DNA of 64,000 bases. It comes from Verrucomicrobiota bacterium. GTDB lineage: Bacteria > Verrucomicrobiota > Verrucomicrobiia > Opitutales > Cerasicoccaceae. The stretch is from contig JBCBUK010000005.1 in assembly GCA_039818205.1 (NCBI GenBank), positions 128,001 to 192,000 on the forward strand, written 5' to 3'. The notes below the pieces were generated by a model that had not been told where the DNA came from, made no database searches, and worked only from the letters and a program-made list of their open reading frames with translations. This document shows, piece after piece, positions 39,133 through 50,445 of this stretch; positions within the stretch are counted from its first letter, which is position 1, and every line of letters starts with the position of its first letter. The translations under genes and the position numbers were made by a program.

Positions 39133-40662
39133 CTAGCTGTCGGACGATTCTTCGGTCGATTCGGGGGAAATATTGGAAAGTGGATCAACAAGGCCAAGAA
39201 TTTCGCAATCCTTGAGAGCCAACTGCACTTTCAACATCGAGTCAACGGACATCTCACTATCAAAGAGACGTAAGGTTCTGAGCGACCGCAGATCCGACAG
39301 CGGCTCCACCGCACTGTCACCGATCGCTGTGCCATGAAGGTTCAACGAACGCAGTTTCTTCAAGGAACTCAACGCAACAAGGTCTTCCGAGGTCACATTG
39401 GTCTCGTTCAGATTCAGGTGTGATAGGCGTGGAAATTTCGCTATCTCGTTGATCGACCCCGATTCAAGTTCCCGCCTCCACAGATCAATCGACATCACGT
39501 AGTCTGCGACCGGCTCGAGATCCTTCAAAGCCTGCGCTGGAATGGCCACATCTGCATTTCGCGTTACCACGTAGAGCCCCGCGTTGATATCTTGCGACAA
39601 CGGAATCAAATCAATGCCATACTCATGCTTGAGGCCGCGCGCAACTGACAAGAAAGTATCCGTGGCCAAGGGCGCAATCTCCTCCGGCTCATCACCCACC
39701 AAACGAGAAATGATGACTTCGATATGCTCCGGGTAAGACTCCTCGCGAAGCCCATCTATTGATTGTGTCTCGGATGCCCCACCCTCGATCCACCAGTGGA
39801 TCAATGCAATCTCGTCGCCAGTCATCGCAGGCTTTTCTTTCGGCGGCATTAGCTGATCGTCCGTTCGGGGCAAGGTGATGCGGTTAAAGATTTCACTCTT
39901 ATCCAAGAGTCCCGGCACAATTCCCGGAATCTTACTTTTCCCGCCCGCCAGCATGAGATCAAAAAGATCCATTCGCAGCTGACCTTTTTGCTTCAGCTCG
40001 CTGTGGCACTCGTAGCAGTGTTGTTCAAAAATGGGCTCGATCACCGCGTGAAACACGGGTGATTGGTAGGTTACGACAATCGGCACAACTTCGGGCACAC
40101 CGATTAAGCTTCGAATTGGTTTCGGAGCCTTGGCGTAAAGATAGTCCTCACCGTGAATCAACGACGCGCCATGATGGCTTCCGATCGTCAGCGCACCAAT
40201 GCTCACAAACAAAACGCTAAGGTAAGCGCCATGGACAAATCGGTTATGCAAGTTCAAGTTGAGCTCCCGCAGGCTCAGCGCAAAAATCATCAATACCGTC
40301 GTAATGATGCCTGCCCACATGTGATCGTTGATAAGCTTGCCCGTGGCACCCTCACCCGCTGCGAGCAGAAAACCAAGCACACAAGCAAGCGCGGCAAAAA
40401 GAACCGCCAGGCCCAGCAGAACTGGCACGGCCTGCTTGAGATAGCTCATCGATTTGAAGGAGCCTAGAATCTCCAACAAGGGAATCATCAACAGCAACGC
40501 GATCGGAAAGTGCAGCGCCAGAATATGAAACCGCCCAAGCGCAATGACTGAGTCTGAGCCGCCCTCACCGTTTAAAGGAAAGAAGATCGGCATCGAAATC
40601 AGCAAGGCCGACAGCAACACGCCACACAGAACAACCAACTTTGATCGAAGGGTAACTTCCAC
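39133..40662 (-). CDS. Membrane protein: DUF2231-like domain + planctomycete-type cytochrome c + LRRs (paralog of 25945-27351)
   Basis: GRFHILALHFPI, SHHGASLIHG, CYECH...MPP, LSHLNLNETNVT, LRSLNLHGTAIGD. Confidence 0.8.
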   Translation of the reverse strand: MEVTLRSKLVVLCGVLLSALLISMPIFFPLNGEGGSDSVIALGRFHILALHFPIALLLMIPLLEILGSFKSMSYLKQAVPVLLGLAVLFAALACVLGFLLAAGEGATGKLINDHMWAGIITTVLMIFALSLRELNLNLHNRFVHGAYLSVLFVSIGALTIGSHHGASLIHGEDYLYAKAPKPIRSLIGVPEVVPIVVTYQSPVFHAVIEPIFEQHCYECHSELKQKGQLRMDLFDLMLAGGKSKIPGIVPGLLDKSEIFNRITLPRTDDQLMPPKEKPAMTGDEIALIHWWIEGGASETQSIDGLREESYPEHIEVIISRLVGDEPEEIAPLATDTFLSVARGLKHEYGIDLIPLSQDINAGLYVVTRNADVAIPAQALKDLEPVADYVMSIDLWRRELESGSINEIAKFPRLSHLNLNETNVTSEDLVALSSLKKLRSLNLHGTAIGDSAVEPLSDLRSLRTLRLFDSEMSVDSMLKVQLALKDCEILGLVDPLSNISPESTEESSDS

Positions 40663-40675
40663 GAAATATCCTTAA

Positions 40676-42145
40676 TTATGCGTTTAGGAGGCCTTTTACC
40701 ACATGGGCTTCCTCGACCCCGGTCAGGCGTTGATCGAGACCTTGGTGCTTCACGGTGAAACGATTGTGATCAATCCCCAGTTGATGAAGTATGGTCGCGT
40801 TCAGGTCACGAATATGAACCGGGTCCTTCGTAATGTTGTAGCCAAAGTCATCGGTCTCGCCATAGGTCATCCCCGGCTTCACGCCACCACCAGCCATCCA
40901 CATGGTAAAGCAACGTGGGTGGTGGTCGCGGCCATAGTTGGTATTCGTCAGCTTCCCTTGACAGTAAATGGTTCGACCAAACTCACCTCCCCAAACGACT
41001 AAGGTGTCTTCCAAGAGCCCGCGCTGCTTGAGGTCGTTGATCAATGCATAGCTTGCTTGGTCAACGTCGCGGCATTGGTTCGGCAAATCACCAGTAACGT
41101 TGTGATGCTGGTCCCATCCGCGGTGGAAGATCTGAGTAAAGCGGACACCGCGCTCGGCCAAGCGCCGCGCGAGCAAGCAATTGTAGGCGAAGGTTCCTGG
41201 CTTCTTTACATCGGGTCCATAGAGTTCCAAGGTCGACTCCGACTCACCCGAGACATCGGTCAACTCCGGCACAGAGCTTTGCATCCGAAAAGCCATCTCG
41301 TATTGGGCAATTCGTGCATGGATCTCCGGATCCCCGATGTCTTCATAATGCATGTGGTTTATGTCTTCGAGTCCATCGAGCATGATCTTGCGGGCATGCG
41401 TGCCCACTCCATCGGGATTGCTCAAATATAGGACCGGATCACCCATCGATTGAAACGCAACGCCCTGGTGCTCCGAGGGCAGGAAACCACTACCCCATAG
41501 ACGCGAGAACAAGGCCTGCGCATCTTTACGTCCCGTCCAACTCGAATTCAGGACCACGAAGCTGGGTAAGTTCTCATTCTCGGTTCCAAGCCCATAACTG
41601 ACCCAAGCGCCCAGGCTCGGAAGCCCGGGTGTTTGCCGACCCGTTTGAATATAAGTGATCGCTGGGTCGTGGTTAATGGCTTCCGTCCACATTGACTTCA
41701 CAAAGGTCAGGTCATCAACCATCTTGGCGGTATGCGGCAACAACTCACTTACCCAAGCCCCCGACTGGCCATGCTGCTTGAAGTCATACATCGTGTGCGC
41801 AATCGGAAAACGATCCTGCCCAGAGGTCATCCCCGTAAGGCGTTGCCCATTCCGAATCTCTTCGGGTAGATCCTTGTCGTGCCACAAACGCATGTAGGGT
41901 TTGTAGTCAAACATGTCATGCTGCGATGGCGCTCCTGACATGAACAGGTAGATCACGCGCTTTGCCTTAGGAGCGAAGTGCGATGCTCCCAGCGCTCCGC
42001 GTCCACCCGCCAGATTGTCAACGGCCCCCATCAGGTCTTTCCCCAAAAGCGATGCCAAGGCAATACTACCCAATCCCTTACCCATACGAGTAAAGAACTG
42101 CCGACGGGTTTCCAGCTTGATGTATTCTTCGATTGGATAGCTCAT
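40676..42145 (-). CDS. DUF1501 domain protein with Tat-like leader
   Basis: [53 protein letters not shown]. Confidence 0.9.
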   Translation of the reverse strand: MSYPIEEYIKLETRRQFFTRMGKGLGSIALASLLGKDLMGAVDNLAGGRGALGASHFAPKAKRVIYLFMSGAPSQHDMFDYKPYMRLWHDKDLPEEIRNGQRLTGMTSGQDRFPIAHTMYDFKQHGQSGAWVSELLPHTAKMVDDLTFVKSMWTEAINHDPAITYIQTGRQTPGLPSLGAWVSYGLGTENENLPSFVVLNSSWTGRKDAQALFSRLWGSGFLPSEHQGVAFQSMGDPVLYLSNPDGVGTHARKIMLDGLEDINHMHYEDIGDPEIHARIAQYEMAFRMQSSVPELTDVSGESESTLELYGPDVKKPGTFAYNCLLARRLAERGVRFTQIFHRGWDQHHNVTGDLPNQCRDVDQASYALINDLKQRGLLEDTLVVWGGEFGRTIYCQGKLTNTNYGRDHHPRCFTMWMAGGGVKPGMTYGETDDFGYNITKDPVHIRDLNATILHQLGIDHNRFTVKHQGLDQRLTGVEEAHVVKGLLNA

Positions 42146-42158
42146 GGTTTCAATAATT

Positions 42159-45100
42159 TTAGTTTTTCGTAATAAACGAATCCAGGTTCATGATCTGGTT
42201 GGCAACGATGGTCCAAGCCGCCAACTCGGCCGGATCAACACCACCATCGGCTGGAGTGTTGCCCACCTGGATTAGCTTCTTCGCCGCTTCCTGATCTTCG
42301 ATATAGATCGGCAACACACTCTGATAGGTATTCTTCAAAACATCGACAACTGCCTCCTCGGGTTCATAGCCCATGGCGACTTCATAAAGCATGGTAAACT
42401 TGTCGGGTTGGCCACTGGTCAGGACAAACTCTGCGAGGTTTCGCGCCGCCTCAACATACTGTGGATCATTCATCAACACAAGCGCCTGCAGCGGCGTATT
42501 GGTGCGTTCCCGGCGCACTGAGCACGTCTCCCGCGAAGGCGCATCAAAGACAACCATCGACGGTGGCGGTGCCGTTCGCTTCCAGAACGTATAAAGCGAC
42601 CGACGGTAGAGGCTTTCACCATCATCCACCGAGTAATTGGCGGTGTTACTATTGGTATAACCAACCGCATTCCAAATGCCCATCGGCTGGTAGGGCTTAA
42701 CTGGTGGGCCACCGATGTCATCCACCAACAACTGGCCAACCTGCAGCGCTTGATCTCGAATAACTTCGGCATCTAACCGGAATCGAGGACCCCGTGCCAG
42801 CAAGCGATTTTCGGGATCCGCTTCGAGTTTCTCCGGCGTTATCGCCGAGGACTGACGATAGGTCGACGACATGAGCATCAACTTATACATATGCTTAATA
42901 TCCCAGTCGCTTTCGATAAACTCTGCCGCCAACCAATCCAACAACTCGAGATGGCTAGGCGGCTCGCCTTGGCTACCAAAATCCTCCGACGTTTTTACAA
43001 TGCCGGTTCCAAAGAGCTCCTGCCAAAAGCGATTTACCGTGACCCGAGCCGGCAGCGGATTCTTCGGGTCGACCAACCAGTTGGCCAGGGAAAGACGATT
43101 GGCAACTTCGCCCTCCGGCAGGTTCAACAGAGCCTCAGGCACATCGGCCAAGACTTCGTCACCCGGCTGATCATAGAGTCCACGATTGAGAATGCGCGCC
43201 TTCGGAACGGAATCTTTCTTCTCCTTCATCACCAAGGTGATGTTCGCCCGGGCTTTCATATCCTGCATCTCTTGGCGGGCCACGCGCAGCGCATTGAGCT
43301 TCTCGATAGCAGCATCGTCGATGGCGGCCAACTCGGTCTCGCGGTCAGCAATTGCGATCTCGGTTGACGGAAAGGTGCGGGACAGGACGATTTGCTCCGG
43401 CCGCGACAAGATATGGTCGAACAAACGCACATCACGAATCGCCATCGTCGGTGCATCATCAGCAATTTTATCGTTCGGATTCGGAGATCCAATCATCAGC
43501 GGTTGGTCAACCGATATGTTCATCGTTTTGAAGAACATTCGGAGTCCTCCGCCCTTCAAGGCAGTTGATTTTTCGTTGATGGATCCGGAAACCACACTGC
43601 CAACATTCACGATGCCATCTACCTTCGGATCATCACCTGAAACGGTTAATAAGACATGGTTCCAAGCACCGGGTTTCAGCTTCTCGCGGGTCGTGAGGTT
43701 CAACTGATGGCTCCATACTGGCTTTCCATCGCCCTTGATTGAAAGGGTAACTTCAGATGCGCTGGTCGTGCGTACGGACCAACCTTGACCAGTCTCTGGG
43801 TCAAATTTTCCGAACAACGAATACTCGGGCAGCTTGGCTCCTTCATCCAATTCGGGATGATAAACCCAAAAACTTACCGTGAAGGGTTTGTTAACCGCGA
43901 GCTGTCCATAGTCCCCCAGCTCAACTGACGTGTCTTTCGCAATGGTGATCGCACCTAACCCGGCTGTCTCTTCAATCGCAGCCTCGAAGATCTCCGGTTC
44001 GGCGGCCGCCGAACCGCTAACCACAATACCTTCCTCAGTCGCATCGACGCGGACCAAAAGGTCGTCGCTAGCTAACCAGTGGTTCTCGGATTCTATGGGT
44101 AGCGACGGTCCAACGTATTCCTTCAATGCTTTCTCCAGTTTCCACATTTGCCCCTCGAGAACCTTCTTTCGCAGAAGCGCGTCCTCTTCGTAAACACGGA
44201 TCGACGGCGGCGTATCCAAAACGTTCCGGTCCATCGGAGCCTGGGTAGTGTTGCGGAAAAAAGCCGTCATCTGATAGAAATCCTTCTGAGACAAGGGATC
44301 AAACTTGTGATCATGGCAGGACGCGCAGCTCATCGTTAATCCAAGCCACACAGTCGACGTCGTTTCGACACGATCCAAGGCGTAGATCGCACGGTATTCA
44401 TCGCCAATCGCCCCACCCTCGCTCGTTGTTGGATTACAACGATTGAATCCTGTTGCGATGAGCTGCGATTGCGATGGCTCCGGCAGCAGGTCGCCCGCAA
44501 TTTGCTCTACGGTAAATTGATCAAAGGGCATGTTTGCGTTGAAGGCGTCGACCACCCAATCCCGATAGGGCCAGATACTTCGATAATTATCGAGATGCAG
44601 ACCGTGAGTGTCACTATAGCGCGCAGCATCCAGCCAGTAGCGCGCACGGTGTTCACCATACTGGGACGAGGCCAGGAATTGATCAACCATCTGCTCGTAG
44701 GCATTCGGTGACTCATCGTTGACGAAGGAATCAATTTCTTGCTCAGTCGGCGGCAAGCCACGTAGATCAAAGCTCACCCGGCGAATCAGGGTTCGGCGAT
44801 CGGCCTCCTTGGCGGGCTGAAGACCCGCCTGGTCAAGGCGGCGCACAATGAACGCGTCGATCGGATTGGCCACGAACGAATCGTCCGAAACCTGCGGCAC
44901 CTCCGGCCGTTTAATGTCAGTGAAGGACCAGTGATCCTCCCAAGGCGCACCCATCGCAATCCATTGCTTAAGCAGCCGGATGTCTTCCTGCTTCAAGTGC
45001 TTATGCGAGGTCGGCGGTGGCATAATCTCATCTTGTTCCTTGGTGATGATTCGCTTGTAGAGCTCGCTGTTCTTCGGATCTCCTGGGATAACCGCACGGC

Positions 45101-45761
45101 GCCCATCTCCCAAATCGGCCAACATACCGTCGTGGGTATCCAGTCTCAGATCAGCAGCCCGCGTAGCCTTATCGGGACCGTGGCAATGGAAGCAATTGTC
45201 GGATAGGATCGGACGGATATCGCGGTTGAACCGGATGGTCGAATCTTTGTGAGGAACGGAGGTCGCTACCGGGCGATCAAGCGACCCAGAATCTGGTAGT
45301 GAGTTCACCGACTTCATGTACTCTTCGATGGGATTTCTATCTTGAACCTGTTGGTCGAACAGATTTCCGTTGCTCACATAAACAGGCGCTGGTTCTTCCT
45401 CGTTAAGGATCAGGAAAAGCCCCCCCAGCAGCAAAACGAAGCTCGCGACGGAGGCCACCACCCAGCCAACCCAGGCGACAGGACGACGGCTACTATTGCC
45501 CCCTGTCGCGGCCGCATTTTCCGCGTCATCCTCAAACATCGAGACGACTTTCTCACCCAAATCGGCTTCGGCAATGGTTTGCAGGAGATCGGTCTCCTCA
45601 AGCAACATTGCGTGGATCTGGCACTGTTTGATGTAGAGGCGCCGGGCCTCGGTCGAGCTCTGCAGAATGCAATTGAACTCATTGGCTTCTGCCTTGTTCA
45701 ATCCGTCCGAAAACTGTTTGGAGATCAGAATCTCGAGTCGTTTCTTGATGGCTTCATTCAT
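42159..45761 (-). CDS. Fusion: anti-sigma-like N-terminus + TM + PSCyt1 cytochrome c + DUF1549 + LamG-like + DUF1553
   Basis: [62 protein letters not shown]...WNHV (LamG-like), [23 protein letters not shown]. Confidence 0.88.
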   Translation of the reverse strand: MNEAIKKRLEILISKQFSDGLNKAEANEFNCILQSSTEARRLYIKQCQIHAMLLEETDLLQTIAEADLGEKVVSMFEDDAENAAATGGNSSRRPVAWVGWVVASVASFVLLLGGLFLILNEEEPAPVYVSNGNLFDQQVQDRNPIEEYMKSVNSLPDSGSLDRPVATSVPHKDSTIRFNRDIRPILSDNCFHCHGPDKATRAADLRLDTHDGMLADLGDGRRAVIPGDPKNSELYKRIITKEQDEIMPPPTSHKHLKQEDIRLLKQWIAMGAPWEDHWSFTDIKRPEVPQVSDDSFVANPIDAFIVRRLDQAGLQPAKEADRRTLIRRVSFDLRGLPPTEQEIDSFVNDESPNAYEQMVDQFLASSQYGEHRARYWLDAARYSDTHGLHLDNYRSIWPYRDWVVDAFNANMPFDQFTVEQIAGDLLPEPSQSQLIATGFNRCNPTTSEGGAIGDEYRAIYALDRVETTSTVWLGLTMSCASCHDHKFDPLSQKDFYQMTAFFRNTTQAPMDRNVLDTPPSIRVYEEDALLRKKVLEGQMWKLEKALKEYVGPSLPIESENHWLASDDLLVRVDATEEGIVVSGSAAAEPEIFEAAIEETAGLGAITIAKDTSVELGDYGQLAVNKPFTVSFWVYHPELDEGAKLPEYSLFGKFDPETGQGWSVRTTSASEVTLSIKGDGKPVWSHQLNLTTREKLKPGAWNHVLLTVSGDDPKVDGIVNVGSVVSGSINEKSTALKGGGLRMFFKTMNISVDQPLMIGSPNPNDKIADDAPTMAIRDVRLFDHILSRPEQIVLSRTFPSTEIAIADRETELAAIDDAAIEKLNALRVARQEMQDMKARANITLVMKEKKDSVPKARILNRGLYDQPGDEVLADVPEALLNLPEGEVANRLSLANWLVDPKNPLPARVTVNRFWQELFGTGIVKTSEDFGSQGEPPSHLELLDWLAAEFIESDWDIKHMYKLMLMSSTYRQSSAITPEKLEADPENRLLARGPRFRLDAEVIRDQALQVGQLLVDDIGGPPVKPYQPMGIWNAVGYTNSNTANYSVDDGESLYRRSLYTFWKRTAPPPSMVVFDAPSRETCSVRRERTNTPLQALVLMNDPQYVEAARNLAEFVLTSGQPDKFTMLYEVAMGYEPEEAVVDVLKNTYQSVLPIYIEDQEAAKKLIQVGNTPADGGVDPAELAAWTIVANQIMNLDSFITKN

Positions 45762-45773
45762 GGTTCGGATTCG

Positions 45774-46319
45774 TTAAACTTTCTTGTGGTCGACCGTTAT
45801 GCGCTCGATGCAGCCCATTAGTTGCTGACGCAGCCGATAGAGGACCTGCGCCAAAGCGTTGGCATTCGTATTTCGCTCTTTAGCTATCTGCTCGAGTGGC
45901 AGTCCTTCAAAGTATCGCTGAGATACCAGTTGTTGATTGTGTTTACCCAGCTGTTCGAGGCAGTGACGCAAGGCGTGTTTGCGAGCGGCATATTGCTCGC
46001 CCTCTCCCTCTGACTCCTCCGACAACTGCTCGATCAATGAATCGTCAAACACCAGCTTGTCACGCTTGGAGGTCGCCCGATGCCGCAGCACTTCGAAGTA
46101 AGCGATTCGACAGGCCCAAGCCAAGAAATTGGTCCCCAGAACGAAGTCGTCCCCCTTCTTGCAGATTACCAAATTGGCCTCCTGGAGGACATCGTTGGTT
46201 ACGTTGGGGTCTGCGGTCAGTGACAAAATATAGCCACGGAGGGTGCCTTGGTGTTGGGCCAACAGTTGATAGATCTCAGGCTGCTGGTCAGGCGTCATGT
46301 TGGAGTCATTCGCAAGCAT
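45774..46319 (-). CDS. ECF RNA polymerase sigma factor, Rhodopirellula/Verrucomicrobium type
   Basis: DVLQEANLVI...GTNFLAWACRIAYFEV...LVFDD; ALRHCLEQL...RYF...LYRLRQQLMGCI. Start may be 46298. Confidence 0.9.
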   Translation of the reverse strand: MLANDSNMTPDQQPEIYQLLAQHQGTLRGYILSLTADPNVTNDVLQEANLVICKKGDDFVLGTNFLAWACRIAYFEVLRHRATSKRDKLVFDDSLIEQLSEESEGEGEQYAARKHALRHCLEQLGKHNQQLVSQRYFEGLPLEQIAKERNTNANALAQVLYRLRQQLMGCIERITVDHKKV

Positions 46320-46339
46320 TCGGGGAATTCGTTACCATA

Positions 46340-46368
46340 ATAACATCAAAATCAGCCCGGGTATTACA
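46340..46368 (-). promoter_or_regulatory. Candidate autoregulatory ECF promoter
   Basis: TGTAATACC-N14-TGTTAT directly upstream of the sigma gene; the same geometry recurs at 52933. Confidence 0.45.
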
Positions 46369-46683
46369 CAATTTGTTCCATATTTCCTTCAATTCCGAAG
46401 CTAAATCCTATCCATCTAATTGATAAACATCAACTTAAATAGAATTTGCAAATTGTGAAGATTTCCCATCTCGCCGTGCGCAAAAGGTAACCAAATGATC
46501 ACTTAACTATCCATTTGAATGTCCGATCAACGAGATGATCATCGTTTTGGGCCGAAGATTGAATTGTCTCTGGCTGGAGACTTTTTGTGACGACAAAGCT
46601 CCAATCCGGGCGCAGATTTTTCAATATCGGGCTTGAAGACGCCCCCTAAAAACGGCTTCCTAGACCGCTTTGATTTTTCATTC

Positions 46684-48603
46684 ATGTTTCGATCGTTCAC
46701 TGGCACCATATCCCAAGGAAGACTCTCCGATAAGCTGAAGCGTTGGGCATCGCTATTCGGCAGCGAGGAATCTGTGGAGATCCAGGATCACGAGGAAATC
46801 GAAACCTTTGAGCCCGAAGATCCGCCTCAGGCAACCGAGTCGCACAGTGCGATCGAAGAACTGGACGAGGTGGTCGCCGAAGAAATACCAGCGGAGGAAC
46901 ACGTCGAAGACCGTGAAGCGATCTGGCTGGCTGAATGGGAACGACTTGACGATTGGACTGCTGAGCTCGACGAGCGACTAGCGGCGCGAGACTTGAGGAA
47001 ACGGGACCACGCGAAACGAATGGCCGAATGCCACGCACGCATCGAAACTGTCCTCGCCGCGCCAGAAGTCGAAGAGGTCGCCCAGGAAGCAGAAAATAGC
47101 GTCGAGGAGGCAACGCCCGTTGAGCCACCGGCAGCAAAGCCACCTCCCGAACCCGTCGAGGGATATAAATCAACCGACCTCGACGGTTACCAACCACCCG
47201 TTCTCGATTTTCTGGCCGAGCCCGTCCATACGGATGGCCCCGTCGTCGACGACGCCGAATTGGTCCAGCAACGCGAAAGCCTACAAACGACTTTTGACAA
47301 TTTTGCAGTGGATGCCCTGGTCTGCGACGCCACCGTGGGCCCCCGGGTCACTCAGTATCGCGTGAAGCCTGGCTACGGAGTTCGGGTGGAAACGATCGCC
47401 GGGCTCGATAACAACATTGCCCTCGCGCTCAAGGTTAACGCTGTCCGCATCCAGGCCCCCATTCCGGGCGAACCCTATGTCGGTATCGAAGCGCCCAATC
47501 CGAAGAGCCGGACAATTATGCTCAAGGAGGCGTTGTTAAACCAGGCTTGGAGAAGTAATGAGTGCCAGCTTCCAATGGTCCTGGGGATGGATATTGCGGG
47601 GCGTATTCAGCTGCTCGATCTGGCCAAGGCGCCCCACCTACTCATCGCTGGTTCGACGGGTAGCGGTAAATCCGTTTGCATAAATAACCTGATCCTTTCG
47701 CTTGTTTACCATTTCAAGCCTGGTGAGCTCGAGCTCGTGCTCGTCGATCCGAAGCGGGTTGAGTTTGCGATGTATAAAGACCTGCCCCACCTCATCCACC
47801 CGGTGGTCGACGATGCCAAGCAGGCTTGCCAAGCGCTCAAGTGGTTGGTCCGGGAAATGGAAAGCCGCTACGAACGAATGGCCTCACGGCGCGTCCGCAA
47901 CATCGCCGGCTACAATGAAAAAGCGACGAAAGAAGGCTTTGATCCCATGCCCTACATTGTCCTGGTGATTGACGAGATGGCCGACTTGATGATGACCGCC
48001 AAAGATGATGTGGAAACGCCAATCGCCCGCCTAGCCCAGATGTCTCGTGCGGTGGGCATTCACACCGTCCTCGCAACGCAGCGCCCGAGCGTCAACGTGA
48101 TCACCGGAGTCATCAAAGCCAATTTTCCCACGCGCATTGCGTTCAAAGTATCCTCGCAGATCGATAGCCGCACGATCCTCGACGGCAAGGGCGCAGAGAC
48201 TCTCCAGGGCAAGGGCGACATGCTCTACACGCCTCCGGGCCAAGCACGACTCAAGCGCTTGCAAAGCCCGTTTGTTGATGACGACGAAATCTTACGGGTT
48301 ACCGACCACCTCCGCGAACAAGCTCCACCACGCTACCGCGTCGAGCTGGTCGACGAAGACGCACCCGCCGGCGAGCAGGGTGAGCTCTTTGAAGAAGGCG
48401 CCGACAAGCTCCTCATTGATGCCTTGGCGGTCGTTGCGACAACGGGAAAAGCCAGTACCAGTTTTATCCAGCGAAAGCTCAAAATCGGCTACAATCGGGC
48501 CGCAACGCTTGTCGAGGAACTCGAAGTTCGTGGACACATCGGCCCGCAAGTGGGCACGGCACCGCGGGAGGTATTTGTCACCCCGGCGGACCTGCCTCGC
48601 TAA
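46684..48603 (+). CDS. ftsK: FtsK/SpoIIIE-family DNA translocase lacking the N-terminal membrane domain
   Basis: RIQAPIPG..VGIE.PN, Walker A GSTGSGKS, DPKRVE, Walker B VIDEMADL, LATQRPS, gamma domain ASTSFIQRKLKIGYNRAA. The N-terminal ~170 aa are acidic with no TM helix. Confidence 0.9.
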   Translation: MFRSFTGTISQGRLSDKLKRWASLFGSEESVEIQDHEEIETFEPEDPPQATESHSAIEELDEVVAEEIPAEEHVEDREAIWLAEWERLDDWTAELDERLAARDLRKRDHAKRMAECHARIETVLAAPEVEEVAQEAENSVEEATPVEPPAAKPPPEPVEGYKSTDLDGYQPPVLDFLAEPVHTDGPVVDDAELVQQRESLQTTFDNFAVDALVCDATVGPRVTQYRVKPGYGVRVETIAGLDNNIALALKVNAVRIQAPIPGEPYVGIEAPNPKSRTIMLKEALLNQAWRSNECQLPMVLGMDIAGRIQLLDLAKAPHLLIAGSTGSGKSVCINNLILSLVYHFKPGELELVLVDPKRVEFAMYKDLPHLIHPVVDDAKQACQALKWLVREMESRYERMASRRVRNIAGYNEKATKEGFDPMPYIVLVIDEMADLMMTAKDDVETPIARLAQMSRAVGIHTVLATQRPSVNVITGVIKANFPTRIAFKVSSQIDSRTILDGKGAETLQGKGDMLYTPPGQARLKRLQSPFVDDDEILRVTDHLREQAPPRYRVELVDEDAPAGEQGELFEEGADKLLIDALAVVATTGKASTSFIQRKLKIGYNRAATLVEELEVRGHIGPQVGTAPREVFVTPADLPR

Positions 48604-48621
48604 TCGCCGCAACTGACCTAG

Positions 48622-50010
48622 ATGGACGTTCCGCAGAACATTTCAGAGCTGATTGCGCTCGTTGAAGAACATGGTGCCGAGAAGGTGGCCAAGCGCTTCC
48701 GCAAGCCACCGATTCCGAGTCAGCTCCTAATTGCCGTCAGTCATGAGACGCCACCCGAATCCGTTTGGGTCTTTCTAGCTCAATACGTGTTGACGCCCAG
48801 TAGCCTGCTGGAGGAGCTCGCCCAAGAGAACTCGAAATTCCCAGGTCAGGTTCTCATTCCGCTTTCCCAGAATCCACGGACTCCGCCAACGTCGCTATCC
48901 AAACTGATGGCGCACCCCGAGCGCTCCGTGCGCGCTGCCGTTGCCGCAAATCCCAATCTGCCCGCTCGAGACATCAATGACCTCCTCGAAAGCAAGGATA
49001 CGGAAGTCTGGCAGTCACTGGCGACAAACCCAGCATTGAAGTTTAAGGTGCAAGCCCAGCTGGCTGCCCAAGGCGATGCCGCGACTCGCCTGGCCTTGGT
49101 CAAAAACAAGTCCCTGCATCCGGATCTATGGATTGCGCTCTCGGCCGACCCGAGCCCGATCGTGCGGTTTACGTTGGCAACCGCCAGCAATGCGCCCGAT
49201 GACCTCCTACCCTTTTGGGCGGACAGCGATCGTGAAGAGATTCAGCTGGCACTCTTAACCCGCTCCTCACTGCCTCCCAAGATTCTCAAATCGTTACTGC
49301 TCTCACCGCATGCCAGCGTTAGACAAGGCGTCCGTGAGCAATTGGAGTTAGATGAGGTCGATCTGCTTTATTTGAGCCGCACCAATGCCATTGAGGAACG
49401 TCAATATGTCGCCGCTCTTCCCGGCGTAAGTGGCAACCTACAACATCAACTCGCGCAGGATGACGACCTCGCGGTTCGCGCCGCACTGGCCACCAACGAA
49501 TCCATTTGGCCAGAAGTCGCGGAGTTCCTGGTGACCGGTGAAGACGAAGACGCTTGCTTGGCGATGCTCGATAACCCCGAGATGCCGGAATCACTCTACG
49601 TCGAGCTTGCCTGGTTGAACAAACCCCGCTTGGTCGCCGCGCTCGCCAGCAGCGACAACACTCCCGAGGAAGTCCTGCACTATCTGGTGAACGATCGACT
49701 TTCAGCCGAGGCAATCTTCCACCTTGCTGCTTGCCAACGAGCCGCACCTTGGCTTCGCGCCGATCTAGCAAGCGCACTTTCCAAGCACACTTCTCCATCG
49801 CTGCGCAATCTGGCGGCAAGCGCCACCGGACTACCTCAGGCGGATCGCAATCGCCTGCGCGACGACCACATTCCCCGCGTGCGCCAAGCCGCTTACGAGG
49901 TGCTCCCCGAACCAATCGAGATCAAGAGCAGTACGAAGGCTGCGATCGAAAAATGCCTCCAGGAACTCGAACAACTTTTTCAACGTGGAACCCACGACGA
50001 AACAAATTAA
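48622..50010 (+). CDS. Variant leucine-rich (LRV)/HEAT-like repeat protein
   Basis: Repeated ~24-aa units of the form D..VR.A.A.NP..P...L..L along most of 462 aa. Confidence 0.75.
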   Translation: MDVPQNISELIALVEEHGAEKVAKRFRKPPIPSQLLIAVSHETPPESVWVFLAQYVLTPSSLLEELAQENSKFPGQVLIPLSQNPRTPPTSLSKLMAHPERSVRAAVAANPNLPARDINDLLESKDTEVWQSLATNPALKFKVQAQLAAQGDAATRLALVKNKSLHPDLWIALSADPSPIVRFTLATASNAPDDLLPFWADSDREEIQLALLTRSSLPPKILKSLLLSPHASVRQGVREQLELDEVDLLYLSRTNAIEERQYVAALPGVSGNLQHQLAQDDDLAVRAALATNESIWPEVAEFLVTGEDEDACLAMLDNPEMPESLYVELAWLNKPRLVAALASSDNTPEEVLHYLVNDRLSAEAIFHLAACQRAAPWLRADLASALSKHTSPSLRNLAASATGLPQADRNRLRDDHIPRVRQAAYEVLPEPIEIKSSTKAAIEKCLQELEQLFQRGTHDETN

Positions 50011-50027
50011 CGAACAACTAAATCACA

Positions 50028-50405
50028 ATGGCAAAGAAACCTAATCAACCAATGACCCTTAGCCGTAACGACATCATCCTAGGCGCCGAAGCCGATGTCA
50101 TCCGTGCGGCATTCGAGGCGCGCGAGCAGATTGATACCTTGCTCGCCGAACGCGCAGAAGCTTATCGGAAGATCGCTGAGCTTGAATCCCAAGTGGATGG
50201 TATTCTGGGCGAAGACGATGAATTCCCATTCCCAGAACCGGAAGAGCCCGTAGCGCAGTTTCCGGTGGCCAAGAAGAAGGTCGCCAAGAAGAAGGTCGCG
50301 AAACCAGCAGTTGAGGACACCGACACTGTAGACGGTGCCGATGCCGACACGGGTGATGACGCAGCCGATTCGGACGCTTCTGACGACGACACCACCGAAT
50401 CCTAG
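50028..50405 (+). CDS. Hypothetical protein: coiled coil, AKKKV repeats, Asp-rich tail
   Basis: 125 aa, ATG start after an A-rich leader, 17 nt after the previous gene. Confidence 0.75.
   Translation: MAKKPNQPMTLSRNDIILGAEADVIRAAFEAREQIDTLLAERAEAYRKIAELESQVDGILGEDDEFPFPEPEEPVAQFPVAKKKVAKKKVAKPAVEDTDTVDGADADTGDDAADSDASDDDTTES
50268..50297 (+). repeat. 15-bp tandem duplication encoding AKKKV twice
   Basis: GCCAAGAAGAAGGTC occurs twice in direct succession. Confidence 0.85.
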
Positions 50406-50445
50406 TCTCTCCTGACCCGGTCGATGGATCGGGTACCGGCTTGGT

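Noticed and set aside
46443..46454. Perfect 12-bp palindrome AATTTGCAAATT between the sigma and ftsK genes
   Set aside because: Single AT-rich occurrence with no second copy noticed; could be chance.
50415..50434. Hairpin ACCCGGTC-GATG-GATCGGGT between the two small genes
   Set aside because: No T-tract, so not called a terminator; at most an mRNA stability element.
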